A program made the translations under genes and the position numbers. A stretch of 64,000 bases of DNA from a virus (Duplodnaviria; Caudoviricetes), in the IMG/VR virus record IMGVR_UViG_3300042878_001023, positions 32,001 to 96,000 of that record; one strand, written 5' to 3'. Shown piece by piece: positions 1 to 11,412 of the stretch; position 1 is the first letter of the stretch, and every line of letters begins with the position of its first letter. The notes below the pieces were generated by a model, which worked only from the letters and a program-made list of their open reading frames with translations, was not told where the DNA came from and did not search any database.

Positions 1-3000
1 AATTACCTTCTTCATCAATACCTCCTATCAAAGTTTCAGACATAGATTGTTCAAAACCTAAATCAACTTCAACTCCATATGACCCATCAGCTTGTAAAAT
101 CAATGTTCCAATTCTACCATTGAAAACTACTTGTTTACCTACATTATCATTAAGTGTTAATTTAGATGTGTCAGATGTTTTTGTTTGTGTAGATGGTTTA
201 ACTTTTTCAACTTCTTTTGTTTCTTCACCAGGTGTTTCAACTTCTGAAGAAATTTCAGGTGCAGACATAGTAATACCCTTACCTTCCACATCAGGTAAGT
301 ATTCAAGCTCAAGTGTATTAAATAACTTAGCCGTGTTTGATACTAATGGTACTAACTCACTATCCCTAGTTTTTTCTCCACCAACAGTTACACTAGTAAC
401 ATATGGTGTAGCATTTTTTAAAGTAATCCTCATTGGAAATAATGCAATCCTTGGAATAACTCCCGTCATGTTATGATACAAGTTTCTATAAATAGAAAGC
501 TGAGCTCTATATGCAATATTTTTCCAGCTGTTTGGTTTGTTGAAACCATTCCATGATGTAGATGTTTTAATATCTACAATCATAATCTCACCTTTATTAT
601 TAATCAAAACCATATCTGTTTCACCAGATGCACCATTTTCTAATAAATTTTTATCAAACAGTTTAACATTGTTTGTTAATGGTGTAAAATTTTGAGCAGT
701 CAGACTTTCTCTAAATCTTGTAACAACACCTCTAATCCCAAACATTTCATCAAAAGCTTTCTCACTCATTATGTCTGAAATCTTAGCTTCTTTACCTTCA
801 ATTTCTATAGTGTCACTATATTTGAAAGACTTCCAAGTACCAGTTCCAGCATCTATAGTAAAGAATGTTCTTACAGCAGCATCAAGATTAGTACCAGCTT
901 CAGAGTTATTTGAGAATGCCTCTTTACCAATAAGCTTTCTAAAGTTTTCTTCAGTTGTGTTTTTTTCTAAAGAAGCTCTTATTCTAGCTTTTTTATCTTC
1001 TGTGTTTAACTGTTTATATGAATCCCTAGCTGCAATAGAAAATGCTTCCCAAGCTTTGTTAAAAGCATCTGAATCACCTTTTTTAATATGATCATTATAC
1101 ACACTAAAAAACACATTTACTATTTTGTCAACATTGTCATCTGAATAACCTGGTTTTTTTTCATCAGATAATTCAGTAGCAATACCATCAGAAATAGTAG
1201 TAGCTCTTGTAGTTAGTTTTGAATCAGGATCTCCTGCAAACTTTCTACCTATCTTGTTTCCATCTTCATCAAATACATCTTCAAGTTCATCTTGTTTACC
1301 TTGAACATTTTTTCTAAAACTGTTAAATACTTTTTCTGCTACACTTATAGGTTGTAACTTTCCTTGTTTGTACTGTAGGAAGGTTTTAAGTTTCTGAACA
1401 TCTTCACTGATTTCATTGATATCTTGTTCTGAAAGTTTAAATTCAGTAGAACCATCATTAAAGATTTTAGTCTTTAATGTAGCTTCCATTTTATCTATAA
1501 TAACATTTAATGTTCCTGTAGGCATACTAGCCTCAATTTTTATACTTTTAAAGATTCTAGAAGTTAATACAGGAGGTTTAGTTAAAGCTTCAGCTCTTGC
1601 TGCACCTTCTGTTTTTACCTGCTCATTATATTTTTTAAGTAATTCTAGACCTTCCTTCTCAATCCAGTTTTGTCTAATCTCTTCATATCTTTTGATATTA
1701 GTGTCCATTAAACTTTTTGGATCCATCTCAAGTTCATTAGTCAAATATGTATTAAATTCAGTATCAATCTGAGACTGAAGATCTTCTGGAAAATTAGCAT
1801 AACCCATTTGTGGAGTAAACTCATCAACAGTAGATTTGTCAACACCTTTTTCTTTATACTTATTAAGTATCTGATTTTCTAAAGCTGTATATCTTTCATT
1901 TATTTGACTTACTCTTTCTTCATTTACTTTAAAGCTTTTAGTACCCTCAATATCAGTCAAAGATTCTTTTTCTTTTTTAAGTACTTCTTTTTGCTCAGCA
2001 ATTTTTTCAGCTAATAATGTAGGAGATTTTTCAGATAAAACATATATTCTGAAAACTGCATTATCTATTGTATCTGGATCAGCTTTCTTAAATTTACGGT
2101 TGTAAATTGCATCAACAGCATCATTATCTATTTCATTAGGATTTAACTCTAACTCTTCTTTAGTCAACAACTCATCAGAAAGTTTTATTATTTCAGCTGA
2201 GTCAATAGGATCTTTACCTACTAGTTCTAATAAGTTCTGAAGCTTACCAATTTTTTCTGTTGCAGCTTTTTGATCTATTTCTAACTGAGCATTTGCTTCT
2301 TCAGCATCTTGGTTTTTTGCAGTTGCTTCTTGTACTGACATACCAACCTCATCAATAAAAGATTGATCATAGTCTTGAGCCGCAACTCTTAGTTCATCAT
2401 TTTTATCTTTTGTAAGATCTGTTAACTCATCATCCAGCTTTTGTTTTTCTGTAGCAGGATCACCAGCAGGTTTCTTTTGAGATAAACGGGCAGCTTGTAT
2501 AAATATTACTGCATATTTTTCATAAAGAACACTGTCTTTATTAATTACCATTTCTTTTGTGGTATCAATAAAATACTCTGGTAAATAGTTTTCAGGATCT
2601 TCAACAAATTTTGCAAATTCTTCTAAGTCAACAAAAATACCATCAGCAGCTAATGTGTTTAAGATTTCATTTCTTTCAACATTAGTAATCTCTTGATTTA
2701 CAATATCTTTATAGTATTCTTTTCTGTTGTCATACATTCTTTTCATCCAGTCAAAGTTTCTGTTTACACTTTCACGGAAACCTGCAGGATCTGCAAGAAT
2801 ATTTATGTACTTAGCAGTATTTAATTGTTCATGTTTTAAAAAGTGTATGTCAATTAATGAATCAAACAACTTTTTATGACCACCAAGATTATCAATTTCA
2901 TTTCTTAATGTAACTTTATTTTCTTCTGAACCAGCAATTGTTTCAAGTAAATTCTCAAATGCGTTAAAATACTCATTCATTTCAGGTGTTACAGTACCTT

Positions 3001-5482
3001 CATTAATTGCATTCAACAATAAATTAAGATTTTCTCCAGAATTACTATCCTGAGCTTTTTGAAATCTATCTAAAGCTTTTAATAACTCTCTCTTTTGTCT
3101 TACTTGAGCTACAGCTTCTGGTAAAGTTGATGTTTCTCCCGACTCAATATCTTGTTTTAAATAATTTATTTGTTCATTTAGTTTAACAGCATCAGTGATA
3201 ACATCAAAATTTGAAAATGGATTACTGGAAATTGATTTTAACTTATCCAGTTGTTTATACATATTACCTAATCTATCAATATGATCATCAAATGTAGACT
3301 GTAAAAAGACTAAGCTATTAATAGATTCTTCATAAGCTTTGTTATAAATTATAGCAGCAGTATATTCTGGAGATCCTTCTTTATACTGTTGTGGATCAAC
3401 ATAGTCTTTAAACTTATCTTTAGCCATTTTATATCTTGCTGCAGTTACTTTTGCTGAACCTATAACTTTATCAATATTTTGTAATGCTTTCTCACCTTGT
3501 CCTGGTTCTAATGACCAAGCTTGTTCTAACTCTTCAGGTGTAGTATTTTTATATTCTTTTAAGTTATCAAGAAAAGTATCATATGTACCTGTTCTTAAAG
3601 CAGTTTGAACAGAACTTTGGAATGCAGCAAACTCAGCATCTTTTAAAACTTTTGTTTCAACATTATCTGGATTGTCAACCATTTTAGCAGTCAACATCTG
3701 ATTTGAGTAGTTGTTTATTCTTGGGTCAAAAAAGTACTTTGCATTCTTATGCATGTTATTCAAAGAGTTAACTATTGCATCTGCTTGAGCTTCTCTTTGT
3801 TTTACATACTCTTCATTTACTGCTTTATCCTTAAAGATTCTGCTGAAGTTTTTAGTACCAAACTTAAACATCTTGCTTGGACCTTCCAACAAACTACCCA
3901 TCAAAAACCCAGATGCAAATGTTTCTCCACCTTGTGCATTTAATTGTTTGTCTAAACCATCAAACATTGCAGCTAACCCGTATCTGTAACCTCTTACAGA
4001 AGGATTATAAAAACTATCTACATAATATTTCTCAACAGCAGATGCTAATGCCTCCTGACTAATTTCTTGAATACCTTCCATTAAATTACCTTTAAAGTAA
4101 TTCAAGCCAAGTTTACCCCATTGCTTAGGGCTCTTTAATGCTTTAATAGAATTCTTTAAAGAAATTGCTTCTTTAGTATATGCTGCTTTTGCAATGTCAT
4201 CTGCAGGATTGAACATGATTTGAAACTCATTACCAACCTCACCTACAACTTTTCCAAAATTAAGTCTAGGTGCACCCTTTAAAAACTTTGCTCTTGTTAT
4301 AGAAGGAAATGCAACTTTGTTTGAATAGAATACTAAACCAGTATTGTAAAGTGTATTTTTGAAACCAGCTTTTTTAGAATCCAACATCATTTCTTGTTGT
4401 AATTCTATAGAAGGAGCTTTACCATGTTTTGCATAGTAATCATTGTATAACCTGTTATATACATTTTGCTCAGAAAAACCACCCTCTAATCTACCTTCAG
4501 ATAAGGCCATGTTTATACCCATGACATCATGCCAGAAAGCACCAGCAGTTCTTGCAGTTCTTGCAAGCTTGCTAACATCATCTGTTTCTTTTAATAACTT
4601 TACAGCATCTAAAGTATTTTCAAATGGGTTTATAAATTCAGCTGTTTTTTTACCTATTGTTCCTGCAGTATTCCAAAAGTTCTTAGCATTGTTTATATTT
4701 TTTAATGCCTGAAGAGATTTAGTAATTTTACCAATGTTCTTAGCAGATTGAAATAATGCTGAAGGAAGTTTAGTTAAAGCTTTCATACCTCCTAACGCAC
4801 CACCAAGAAGATTTAATTCTCCTCCAGTTGCTGCTCCAATAGCACCACTAACCATAGCTCCTTCTACAGCACCTTCAAGTAATATACCCGCGGAGTAAGA
4901 AACAGAGTTTAATAAGTTAGTAGCAAATCCACCTATACCACCTCTACTTGAGTATCCAATGGAATTGTAGTATTCATAATCTTTTGCTTCTTGTCTATCT
5001 GCTCCTACATCTCCAGAACCTAGGAGCTTACCGTAGGAATGTATAGGTGCTAAAAATCCTAATCCTAACATTGGTGCGGCAGAATGTTTCAACCATCTAC
5101 CCATGTCATCAAATGTGCTTGTATTTTGATTGTAAATAGCTTCATTATTTACTTGTGGATCAAAACCAATTCTGTTATAAGTATCTTGACCATAACCTTT
5201 ATATCTAGCTTTAAATGATGCACTAGAAGGACTGTTATCAAATGTAAATGTCTTACCATACTCATTGTCATCACGCAATGTAGTCTGAAGCATTTTTTGT
5301 TTTTGTATTACTCCTTGTACATGATCATTTAAATCTTCAACCGGATTAACAGACTTAGTAGCAATAGCAGGTTTATTTGGTGTTATACCAGCTGTAGCAT
5401 CATTAATATTTATTACCTTATTTGTAATAGATGCATTCTTTAAATCTAAACCTGAGCCAGAATTAATTATAGTCTTAGCCAT
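1..5482 (-). CDS. Giant virion cargo/ejection protein (>1,827 aa, 3' end outside window) with Gly/Ala-rich hydrophobic segments and a PD-(D/E)XK nuclease-like domain
   Basis: Not in the ORF track because no stop occurs in the window. ATG at 5482-5480 (MAKTIINSGSG...). I checked the same frame by hand at ~4800-4860 (GAMVSGAIGAATGGELNLLG), ~470-660 (GASGETDMVLINNKGEIMIVDIKT...AQLSIY) and 2-31 (LIGGIDEEGN). Position matches the large cargo/vRNAP-region proteins of crAss-like phages. Confidence 0.85.
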   Translation of the reverse strand, partial: MAKTIINSGSGLDLKNASITNKVININDATAGITPNKPAIATKSVNPVEDLNDHVQGVIQKQKMLQTTLRDDNEYGKTFTFDNSPSSASFKARYKGYGQDTYNRIGFDPQVNNEAIYNQNTSTFDDMGRWLKHSAAPMLGLGFLAPIHSYGKLLGSGDVGADRQEAKDYEYYNSIGYSSRGGIGGFATNLLNSVSYSAGILLEGAVEGAMVSGAIGAATGGELNLLGGALGGMKALTKLPSALFQSAKNIGKITKSLQALKNINNAKNFWNTAGTIGKKTAEFINPFENTLDAVKLLKETDDVSKLARTARTAGAFWHDVMGINMALSEGRLEGGFSEQNVYNRLYNDYYAKHGKAPSIELQQEMMLDSKKAGFKNTLYNTGLVFYSNKVAFPSITRAKFLKGAPRLNFGKVVGEVGNEFQIMFNPADDIAKAAYTKEAISLKNSIKALKSPKQWGKLGLNYFKGNLMEGIQEISQEALASAVEKYYVDSFYNPSVRGYRYGLAAMFDGLDKQLNAQGGETFASGFLMGSLLEGPSKMFKFGTKNFSRIFKDKAVNEEYVKQREAQADAIVNSLNNMHKNAKYFFDPRINNYSNQMLTAKMVDNPDNVETKVLKDAEFAAFQSSVQTALRTGTYDTFLDNLKEYKNTTPEELEQAWSLEPGQGEKALQNIDKVIGSAKVTAARYKMAKDKFKDYVDPQQYKEGSPEYTAAIIYNKAYEESINSLVFLQSTFDDHIDRLGNMYKQLDKLKSISSNPFSNFDVITDAVKLNEQINYLKQDIESGETSTLPEAVAQVRQKRELLKALDRFQKAQDSNSGENLNLLLNAINEGTVTPEMNEYFNAFENLLETIAGSEENKVTLRNEIDNLGGHKKLFDSLIDIHFLKHEQLNTAKYINILADPAGFRESVNRNFDWMKRMYDNRKEYYKDIVNQEITNVERNEILNTLAADGIFVDLEEFAKFVEDPENYLPEYFIDTTKEMVINKDSVLYEKYAVIFIQAARLSQKKPAGDPATEKQKLDDELTDLTKDKNDELRVAAQDYDQSFIDEVGMSVQEATAKNQDAEEANAQLEIDQKAATEKIGKLQNLLELVGKDPIDSAEIIKLSDELLTKEELELNPNEIDNDAVDAIYNRKFKKADPDTIDNAVFRIYVLSEKSPTLLAEKIAEQKEVLKKEKESLTDIEGTKSFKVNEERVSQINERYTALENQILNKYKEKGVDKSTVDEFTPQMGYANFPEDLQSQIDTEFNTYLTNELEMDPKSLMDTNIKRYEEIRQNWIEKEGLELLKKYNEQVKTEGAARAEALTKPPVLTSRIFKSIKIEASMPTGTLNVIIDKMEATLKTKIFNDGSTEFKLSEQDINEISEDVQKLKTFLQYKQGKLQPISVAEKVFNSFRKNVQGKQDELEDVFDEDGNKIGRKFAGDPDSKLTTRATTISDGIATELSDEKKPGYSDDNVDKIVNVFFSVYNDHIKKGDSDAFNKAWEAFSIAARDSYKQLNTEDKKARIRASLEKNTTEENFRKLIGKEAFSNNSEAGTNLDAAVRTFFTIDAGTGTWKSFKYSDTIEIEGKEAKISDIMSEKAFDEMFGIRGVVTRFRESLTAQNFTPLTNNVKLFDKNLLENGASGETDMVLINNKGEIMIVDIKTSTSWNGFNKPNSWKNIAYRAQLSIYRNLYHNMTGVIPRIALFPMRITLKNATPYVTSVTVGGEKTRDSELVPLVSNTAKLFNTLELEYLPDVEGKGITMSAPEISSEVETPGEETKEVEKVKPSTQTKTSDTSKLTLNDNVGKQVVFNGRIGTLILQADGSYGVEVDLGFEQSMSETLIGGIDEEGN

Positions 5483-5485
5483 TTT

Positions 5486-8400
5486 TTATATAATTTTTAG
5501 TCCTGCGTTTTTGAAACTTTTACCAAATGCTTTTTCCATATTCATTTTCTTTTGAGTATCCTCAAGATTATGAAAATTTGTATAAACTTCTTTAAGTTTT
5601 ACATTAGTGTTATGCATGTCTATCATTATTTCAGACATTTTAGTATCAATGTTATTTCCATAAGGAACTGTTTCATTTAATGAATATTCAATGAATTTAC
5701 CATTATCATCAATAGAATTTATTTTACCAGTAATACTATAATTACCAGTTACATTATCTCTTCTGACTACATAGTTATGACCATAACTAGGATCTACATA
5801 ACTCAAACCTTTTCCGGTGTTCATTATAGCTTCAGTAGGTGTTGTTTTGTTAGATTGATATAAATTATTTTTCCAGTTTGATTGAGGAGCCATGAAAGTA
5901 ATACCATTAGCCTTAATCTCATTTATGATTGCAGCATCTTCTTTTTTATCAAAGTATTTGTCTATAACAGATTGTGGTATATTACCTACTGTCATAGCAC
6001 CTAAACCACTATCTTCCATACCTACTTGATGCTGAATAAGTTTGAATATATCAGGCTTATCTTTTTGAGCCTTATTATTTGACAGTGCTGCTAAATCAAA
6101 CATCATATTCTTTAATTTCTTCAAATTAGATTGATTCTCAGCTAAATAATCAGAATCATATTTAGAATCTAAAACATTACCTTTTGTAGATATTCTAAAA
6201 TTTGTTGGATCATTTAAGAAGTTAATACCTTTGATATCTTGAACAAACTGTTTAAAGCTTGTTAAGTTCTCATCTCTTCTTCCAAGGTTAACAGGAACAG
6301 ATGAAGGTCTAGCTGCTAAAGTAGCTCTACCAGTATTAATATCAATATCTGTTTTTCTATATGATAACAAACCTAATTTATGATTAGGGTTAGTTGTAAT
6401 TTTATCATATGCTTCTGATAATATTTGAGCAAAAGGAACTTTATTAACTGTTTTAGTTGGTCCTGGAGCAAATCTAGCGTTTGCTTCATTCATTTCAGTA
6501 TTTTTCCAAGTTGTTTTTACTACAGAAGTTTTATTACCTTCTCCAGTTTTATCTAAGAACTCTTCTATATAATCATCAAAATCTTCATCATTATACAATT
6601 TACCAGAAACATATTTTTTTACATAAGCATCAATAATTGAATACTTTGCTTTATCTGATAAATTAGTTTCACCCAATGAAGCATATAACTGTTTTTGTAT
6701 TCTACTATCATTATCTTTTTTAATCTGCATGTGAGCAGAATATTTAAGCTGAACTTGATCTAACTTAAACAATGCTAATGGGTTTGAGTTGTATGATTCA
6801 GATGTTGTCAAAGCATCATTTTTTTCAGCCCAAGTATCCATTCTTTTCTTTAAATCAAACATTTTTGAACCCAATGTTAATTCTTGAACTAATTTTTTTC
6901 TTCCTTCTGGAGTATCTGCTTGGTTATTATATTTTTCCCAAATCTTATCAACCCATTTATTATTTTGACCAAGTAAATAAGCTAAGTCAGCTTTCTTAAT
7001 TTCTTTTGAATCAATTCCTTTTCTGATATTATCAATCCAGTGGTTAAAGTATTCTCCAGCATTTTTATCAGCATCTTCTAAAAATAAATTTCTGTTATCT
7101 TTTAGAATACCAATATTTTTAATAGCTGTATCACCGGCTTCAATTTCTTCAAGAGATTGACCAGGTGTTCCTATTGGAACAACTTCTCCCTTTTCATTTA
7201 GCTCAGCAAAACCATTTTCAAGTTTATATTTAAGAATTACATTGTCAGCATCCGCATTTTTTAACATTATATCTCTTTGAAATTTGATGTTATCTCTAGC
7301 AATTGCAGCTGAATTATTAGCAGCATCTCTACTCATGTTATGAGAATGTCTTACTTGTTCTAAACCTAATGGATTAACCTTATAGTCTAGAATCATATCT
7401 TTCTTAGCAAAAATATCTGAGTTAAGTAATATATCTTTCTCAGCTAAATATGCAGCTAAGTTAGAGTCTACCATTTCTCTTGCCAATTCAATATTTTCTA
7501 AATCTAAGCCATCTACTGTAGGAGTAGGTGTGTCTGTATATGGAGATGAGTTACCCCTGTTAATTTGCTCATTTAACTTAGAGTTGTGTTCATAAACAAT
7601 TTTATCAACCTGCAATGCTTGATTGATTCTTTCCATGTAAGCTGGTTGTTTCACATTTACCTTTCCTGAATCAATATCATTTTGAACTATGTTAGCTTTA
7701 GATTTATTTGCATCTAATACTTCTTCAGAAGTCTTAGTTTTTTCATTTGTGTAATCTTTTAAAATTACATACTGTTCTTTTAAATATTCTTGCTCTGCTA
7801 ATAATTCATTACCCTTATATTTTTCAGCTTTACCTTTAATCTCATCTTTTCTTTTAACATAAGCCTCTGTTGCATACTTAGCTTGTAATGATGGATCACT
7901 AGCATAAGCTGATAAAAACATTTTTTGTATAGTTGGTAATATTAAATCTCCATTTTTTTGTCTCACCAAATACATACCAGACTTATCTGGTTGAGTTATA
8001 TCAACAGATAAATCCATTTCTTTTGCCAAGTCTTTATACTTTTGAAAAGCATCAACATTTGGAGTATAAGTAATATTATTAAAACTAAGAACATCTTCTT
8101 TAGCAGCATTCTTAAATTCTTCTAATCTATAGTCCATATCTTTAATACCAGTATTCCAATAACCAGAACTAACTTTAGGATCTCTAGCATTTTTTAATGC
8201 AACAGCTCTTGATTTTTCATTGTCATAGTTTTTGGTAAGAGCCATGTCTTTCATCAAGTGAGCATCTTCATAAAGAGGCTTAAATACTTGTGTTGCTTGG
8301 TCAACATTTTGTTGTAGAGATAAATCTAAAGCACTAACTCTTTTTAATTCATAGTCAACTTTTTTTAAATAGTCATCTTTGATTTTAGTACTATCATCTC

Positions 8401-8569
8401 TAGTAACTCTTTGATGATACAACTCACCATATAAATTATTTAACGCTTTATAATTTGAGTCATACTGGTTTTGTTTTGTTTGCAAAACATGAGCATAGAA
8501 ATTCAAATCAGGTTGAAAGGTTTGATAATCTGGAATGTAGTCAGTTACACCTTGTATATATGTTGCCAT
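5486..8569 (-). CDS. Putative virion cargo/ejection protein (1027 aa)
   Basis: Long, helical-looking, K/D/N-rich ORF between muzzle-proximal cargo genes and the giant ORF; N-terminus ...FQPDLNFYAHVLQTKQNQYD resembles crAss-like cargo proteins. Confidence 0.6.
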   Translation of the reverse strand: MATYIQGVTDYIPDYQTFQPDLNFYAHVLQTKQNQYDSNYKALNNLYGELYHQRVTRDDSTKIKDDYLKKVDYELKRVSALDLSLQQNVDQATQVFKPLYEDAHLMKDMALTKNYDNEKSRAVALKNARDPKVSSGYWNTGIKDMDYRLEEFKNAAKEDVLSFNNITYTPNVDAFQKYKDLAKEMDLSVDITQPDKSGMYLVRQKNGDLILPTIQKMFLSAYASDPSLQAKYATEAYVKRKDEIKGKAEKYKGNELLAEQEYLKEQYVILKDYTNEKTKTSEEVLDANKSKANIVQNDIDSGKVNVKQPAYMERINQALQVDKIVYEHNSKLNEQINRGNSSPYTDTPTPTVDGLDLENIELAREMVDSNLAAYLAEKDILLNSDIFAKKDMILDYKVNPLGLEQVRHSHNMSRDAANNSAAIARDNIKFQRDIMLKNADADNVILKYKLENGFAELNEKGEVVPIGTPGQSLEEIEAGDTAIKNIGILKDNRNLFLEDADKNAGEYFNHWIDNIRKGIDSKEIKKADLAYLLGQNNKWVDKIWEKYNNQADTPEGRKKLVQELTLGSKMFDLKKRMDTWAEKNDALTTSESYNSNPLALFKLDQVQLKYSAHMQIKKDNDSRIQKQLYASLGETNLSDKAKYSIIDAYVKKYVSGKLYNDEDFDDYIEEFLDKTGEGNKTSVVKTTWKNTEMNEANARFAPGPTKTVNKVPFAQILSEAYDKITTNPNHKLGLLSYRKTDIDINTGRATLAARPSSVPVNLGRRDENLTSFKQFVQDIKGINFLNDPTNFRISTKGNVLDSKYDSDYLAENQSNLKKLKNMMFDLAALSNNKAQKDKPDIFKLIQHQVGMEDSGLGAMTVGNIPQSVIDKYFDKKEDAAIINEIKANGITFMAPQSNWKNNLYQSNKTTPTEAIMNTGKGLSYVDPSYGHNYVVRRDNVTGNYSITGKINSIDDNGKFIEYSLNETVPYGNNIDTKMSEIMIDMHNTNVKLKEVYTNFHNLEDTQKKMNMEKAFGKSFKNAGLKII

Positions 8570-8628
8570 AGTTTTTTTTTCTATTGTAAATCTATAAATT
8601 TTTTATGTTTATCATAAACATGTTAAGT

Positions 8629-11403
8629 TTATAATATAAATGGATAAGTAATATCACCATAAACAAAACCTCCACTTTGCTTTTTACCAAATTGTGCATT
8701 CAATACTTCAAGCTTATTATCTCCAGAACCAGAAGGGCTGTTTTTCAATTTTTCAGACACACATTTTTGAATTGTTGCTTCATCTTTATAACGATTAGAA
8801 CATTCTTTGTAATAATCATCTTCAGTATTTCCTGCAGTTTCAGGTTTGATTTGTCTAGCTTTACTTGGATCAAATTCTACTTTACCACCAACACTAGGAT
8901 CAACTTGCTGTTGTGGATACATTTGATTTAAAGCATCTGTTTTGTACTTATTAGTAATACCAGCATTAGTTTGATTAAGAAGATTATTTTTTAATGCCAT
9001 TTTACTATTATCAAACTGTTGATTAGCAATTGTATTTTGATCATACATTTTACTTTGATTAGCTTGATTAAGAGCAGCCTCTTGATTGTTAATTGCAGTA
9101 CTACTTTGCTCAAACTGATTAGCAATTCCAACATTTGCACTATTATATTTAGCTAATACATCAGCTGCATTTTTAGCACCTTGTCCTTGAATAGATGATG
9201 ATCTAGCAGACAAAGCTTGAGGTCCTGCAAACTGAGCCATTCCAGCAGTTTGAATATTTGCTTGTTCAGCATTAGCAGCAAGTTCTCTAGTAGGATCCAT
9301 AAAAGTAGGTTTTGGTGTTTGTAAATCTACTCTTGGAGCCCCCATTGGAGAATATTTCTTAGCAGAAAATAAATCAATAGCGGCATTACCAATATTTAAT
9401 TTATCTTGTAACCACATTTCAGGTTCTTTCTGTTCTACTTCTTGTTTTATTTCTTCTTGTTCTACTTCTTCTTTTTCTTCTTGTCCTGGTTCTGGATCAC
9501 CTTCTACTACTTCTTCTTTTTTCACTTCTTCTGTTCCAGGAGCTTCTTCAAACTTTCCTTTATCCATATTAGGACTTACACCATGACCTAATGTACTATT
9601 ACCAGCATAACCATCAATAGGTGATAGTGTAGCATATTCATCACCATATAATTTAGCCATCTCAGATTCATCTCCAGCACCTGTATTACTTTCTCTACTT
9701 GCAGCATCTCTACCTAAAAAAGTATCCATTCCGTATGTTGTATCATCATCAAAACTATTATATTCACCTTTTACTTTTTTAGCTTGCATTCTAGCAACAC
9801 CATGTGTTGCAGCTTGTTCTAAAACAGTTTCTTCTTCTGTTGGTAAAGTAATCCCTAAACCTTTAGCAATATCATTTTTATTTGTCCACTTTTTTTGTGT
9901 ATACTCATCTTTTATTTTATCATATTCAGCTTGATCTTTTACAAGATTTCTTTTTTTCAAGTCCTCAAATTTTCCAAAACCTTTAGCACCATTATCAAGA
10001 TAAGCCATATCAATTCCCGATTCTTTAATCTTATCATTTCTTTCTTTTTGTTTGATAAGACTACTTGCAATCTGGTCATCAGTAAAATTTTTCTTATTAT
10101 ATACACCATACTTACCAGCACCTTTTGAACCATAAGCAGCAGAATTCTTTAAAGCTTCTTTTGTTTCTTTAATAAGTTCAGCTCTAATTTTTGAATCTTT
10201 ATTATTAAACTCAGATTTTAAAAAGTCTGTACCTACTTTATTAATAGATTGAAGATCAGCTACAGTTTTTTGTTTTTGTGGATCTGGAGCTTTATAATTC
10301 ATTTTCTTACCACCTTTCATAATAGATGGTTCTTTATCTGGATTTTTTCTTTTCCATGCATAACGTGCTTTATCAGCTTGATTATCATCCATTCCGGTAA
10401 TATCTAATACATCACCAGCTGGACTAGCACCACCTGTAGGACCTGTTGTACTAGGACCTTTATCACCTTGGTATGTTCTTAAAGCACCTCCTCTAGCATA
10501 CATAGGAGATTTAGGTCTTCCCATATAGTTTCTAGGATTAGCTCCCATAGCCATACCATATTCAGCTTCTGGTATATCATCTGAGTAAGGGAAATCAAAA
10601 CCACCAATAAACATACCACCATACTGTTGTTCGGGCATAGCTACTGGTTGACCTTGATTCATTTCTTGAGCTTCATTATCTTGAAATTCAGTATTTGATT
10701 CATCTGTTTCTTCAACATTTTGTTGTTCTGATTGCTCAAGTTTCTGACCAACTTTATTACCAAAGTCTTTTATTTCAGGACTGATAAAAGTTTGTTCATC
10801 TTGTTTATTTTCAGCCATATATGGTTTAGCCACAGCAGGAATACCTTGTGGGAATCCTTTCTGAGATTCTTGTACTAATGCTAAGGCTGCTAATTTTTTA
10901 TTAAAATTACCAATCATTAACTCAGCAGTTCTAACATCAATGTTATCAGAATCCGGATCTTGAAGTATTTTTCTATACTTATCTACATCATATTGCTTTG
11001 CTAACTGAGCGGGAGTATAACTTTTTTTACCTTTAGAGCCTTTACCAAAATGAGACAATAATACAGGATCTTTTACATTCATTCCTCTAAAGTCACTGTA
11101 TATAAAAGTATCATCTGGTAGATTTAATGGTACACCACCACCAGAGTGTCTTGGCCCTTTAATGATTTTGTGTTCTGGTATTCCATCTCCATTGATATCA
11201 CCATATACAGTCTCACCTCCTTCAGCTTCAAGATTAGCTTCTTCTCTAGGAACAGCAGTAAGATATTTACTGATGCGGGTATTAGGTTTACCTATATAAG
11301 CATTATAGTCTGCACCACCCATTGCTGGTACATCATTTGCTAATGAACCTTGTACTTGGTAACCTGTTCTAGCTTGCGGTACTTTTTTAATTCTAACTCT
11401 CAT
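8629..11403 (-). CDS. Putative cargo/ejection protein, C1-like (924 aa)
   Basis: N-terminal EANLEAEGGETV...GPRHSGGGVPL motif typical of Bacteroidetes-phage cargo proteins; Q/N/A-rich coiled-coil C-terminus; several xxxGG motifs. Confidence 0.6.
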   Translation of the reverse strand: MRVRIKKVPQARTGYQVQGSLANDVPAMGGADYNAYIGKPNTRISKYLTAVPREEANLEAEGGETVYGDINGDGIPEHKIIKGPRHSGGGVPLNLPDDTFIYSDFRGMNVKDPVLLSHFGKGSKGKKSYTPAQLAKQYDVDKYRKILQDPDSDNIDVRTAELMIGNFNKKLAALALVQESQKGFPQGIPAVAKPYMAENKQDEQTFISPEIKDFGNKVGQKLEQSEQQNVEETDESNTEFQDNEAQEMNQGQPVAMPEQQYGGMFIGGFDFPYSDDIPEAEYGMAMGANPRNYMGRPKSPMYARGGALRTYQGDKGPSTTGPTGGASPAGDVLDITGMDDNQADKARYAWKRKNPDKEPSIMKGGKKMNYKAPDPQKQKTVADLQSINKVGTDFLKSEFNNKDSKIRAELIKETKEALKNSAAYGSKGAGKYGVYNKKNFTDDQIASSLIKQKERNDKIKESGIDMAYLDNGAKGFGKFEDLKKRNLVKDQAEYDKIKDEYTQKKWTNKNDIAKGLGITLPTEEETVLEQAATHGVARMQAKKVKGEYNSFDDDTTYGMDTFLGRDAASRESNTGAGDESEMAKLYGDEYATLSPIDGYAGNSTLGHGVSPNMDKGKFEEAPGTEEVKKEEVVEGDPEPGQEEKEEVEQEEIKQEVEQKEPEMWLQDKLNIGNAAIDLFSAKKYSPMGAPRVDLQTPKPTFMDPTRELAANAEQANIQTAGMAQFAGPQALSARSSSIQGQGAKNAADVLAKYNSANVGIANQFEQSSTAINNQEAALNQANQSKMYDQNTIANQQFDNSKMALKNNLLNQTNAGITNKYKTDALNQMYPQQQVDPSVGGKVEFDPSKARQIKPETAGNTEDDYYKECSNRYKDEATIQKCVSEKLKNSPSGSGDNKLEVLNAQFGKKQSGGFVYGDITYPFIL

Positions 11404-11412
11404 GTTGTAAGA

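Noticed and set aside
1-5482. Calling the giant ORF the virion RNA polymerase
   Set aside because: No DxDxD/DFDID catalytic motif noticed in the visible part; the remainder is outside the window.
8572-8580. Homopolymer tracts (here and e.g. ~41923-41930) as phase-variation or frameshift sites
   Set aside because: A/T runs are frequent at this base composition and adjacent frames show no broken genes needing repair.
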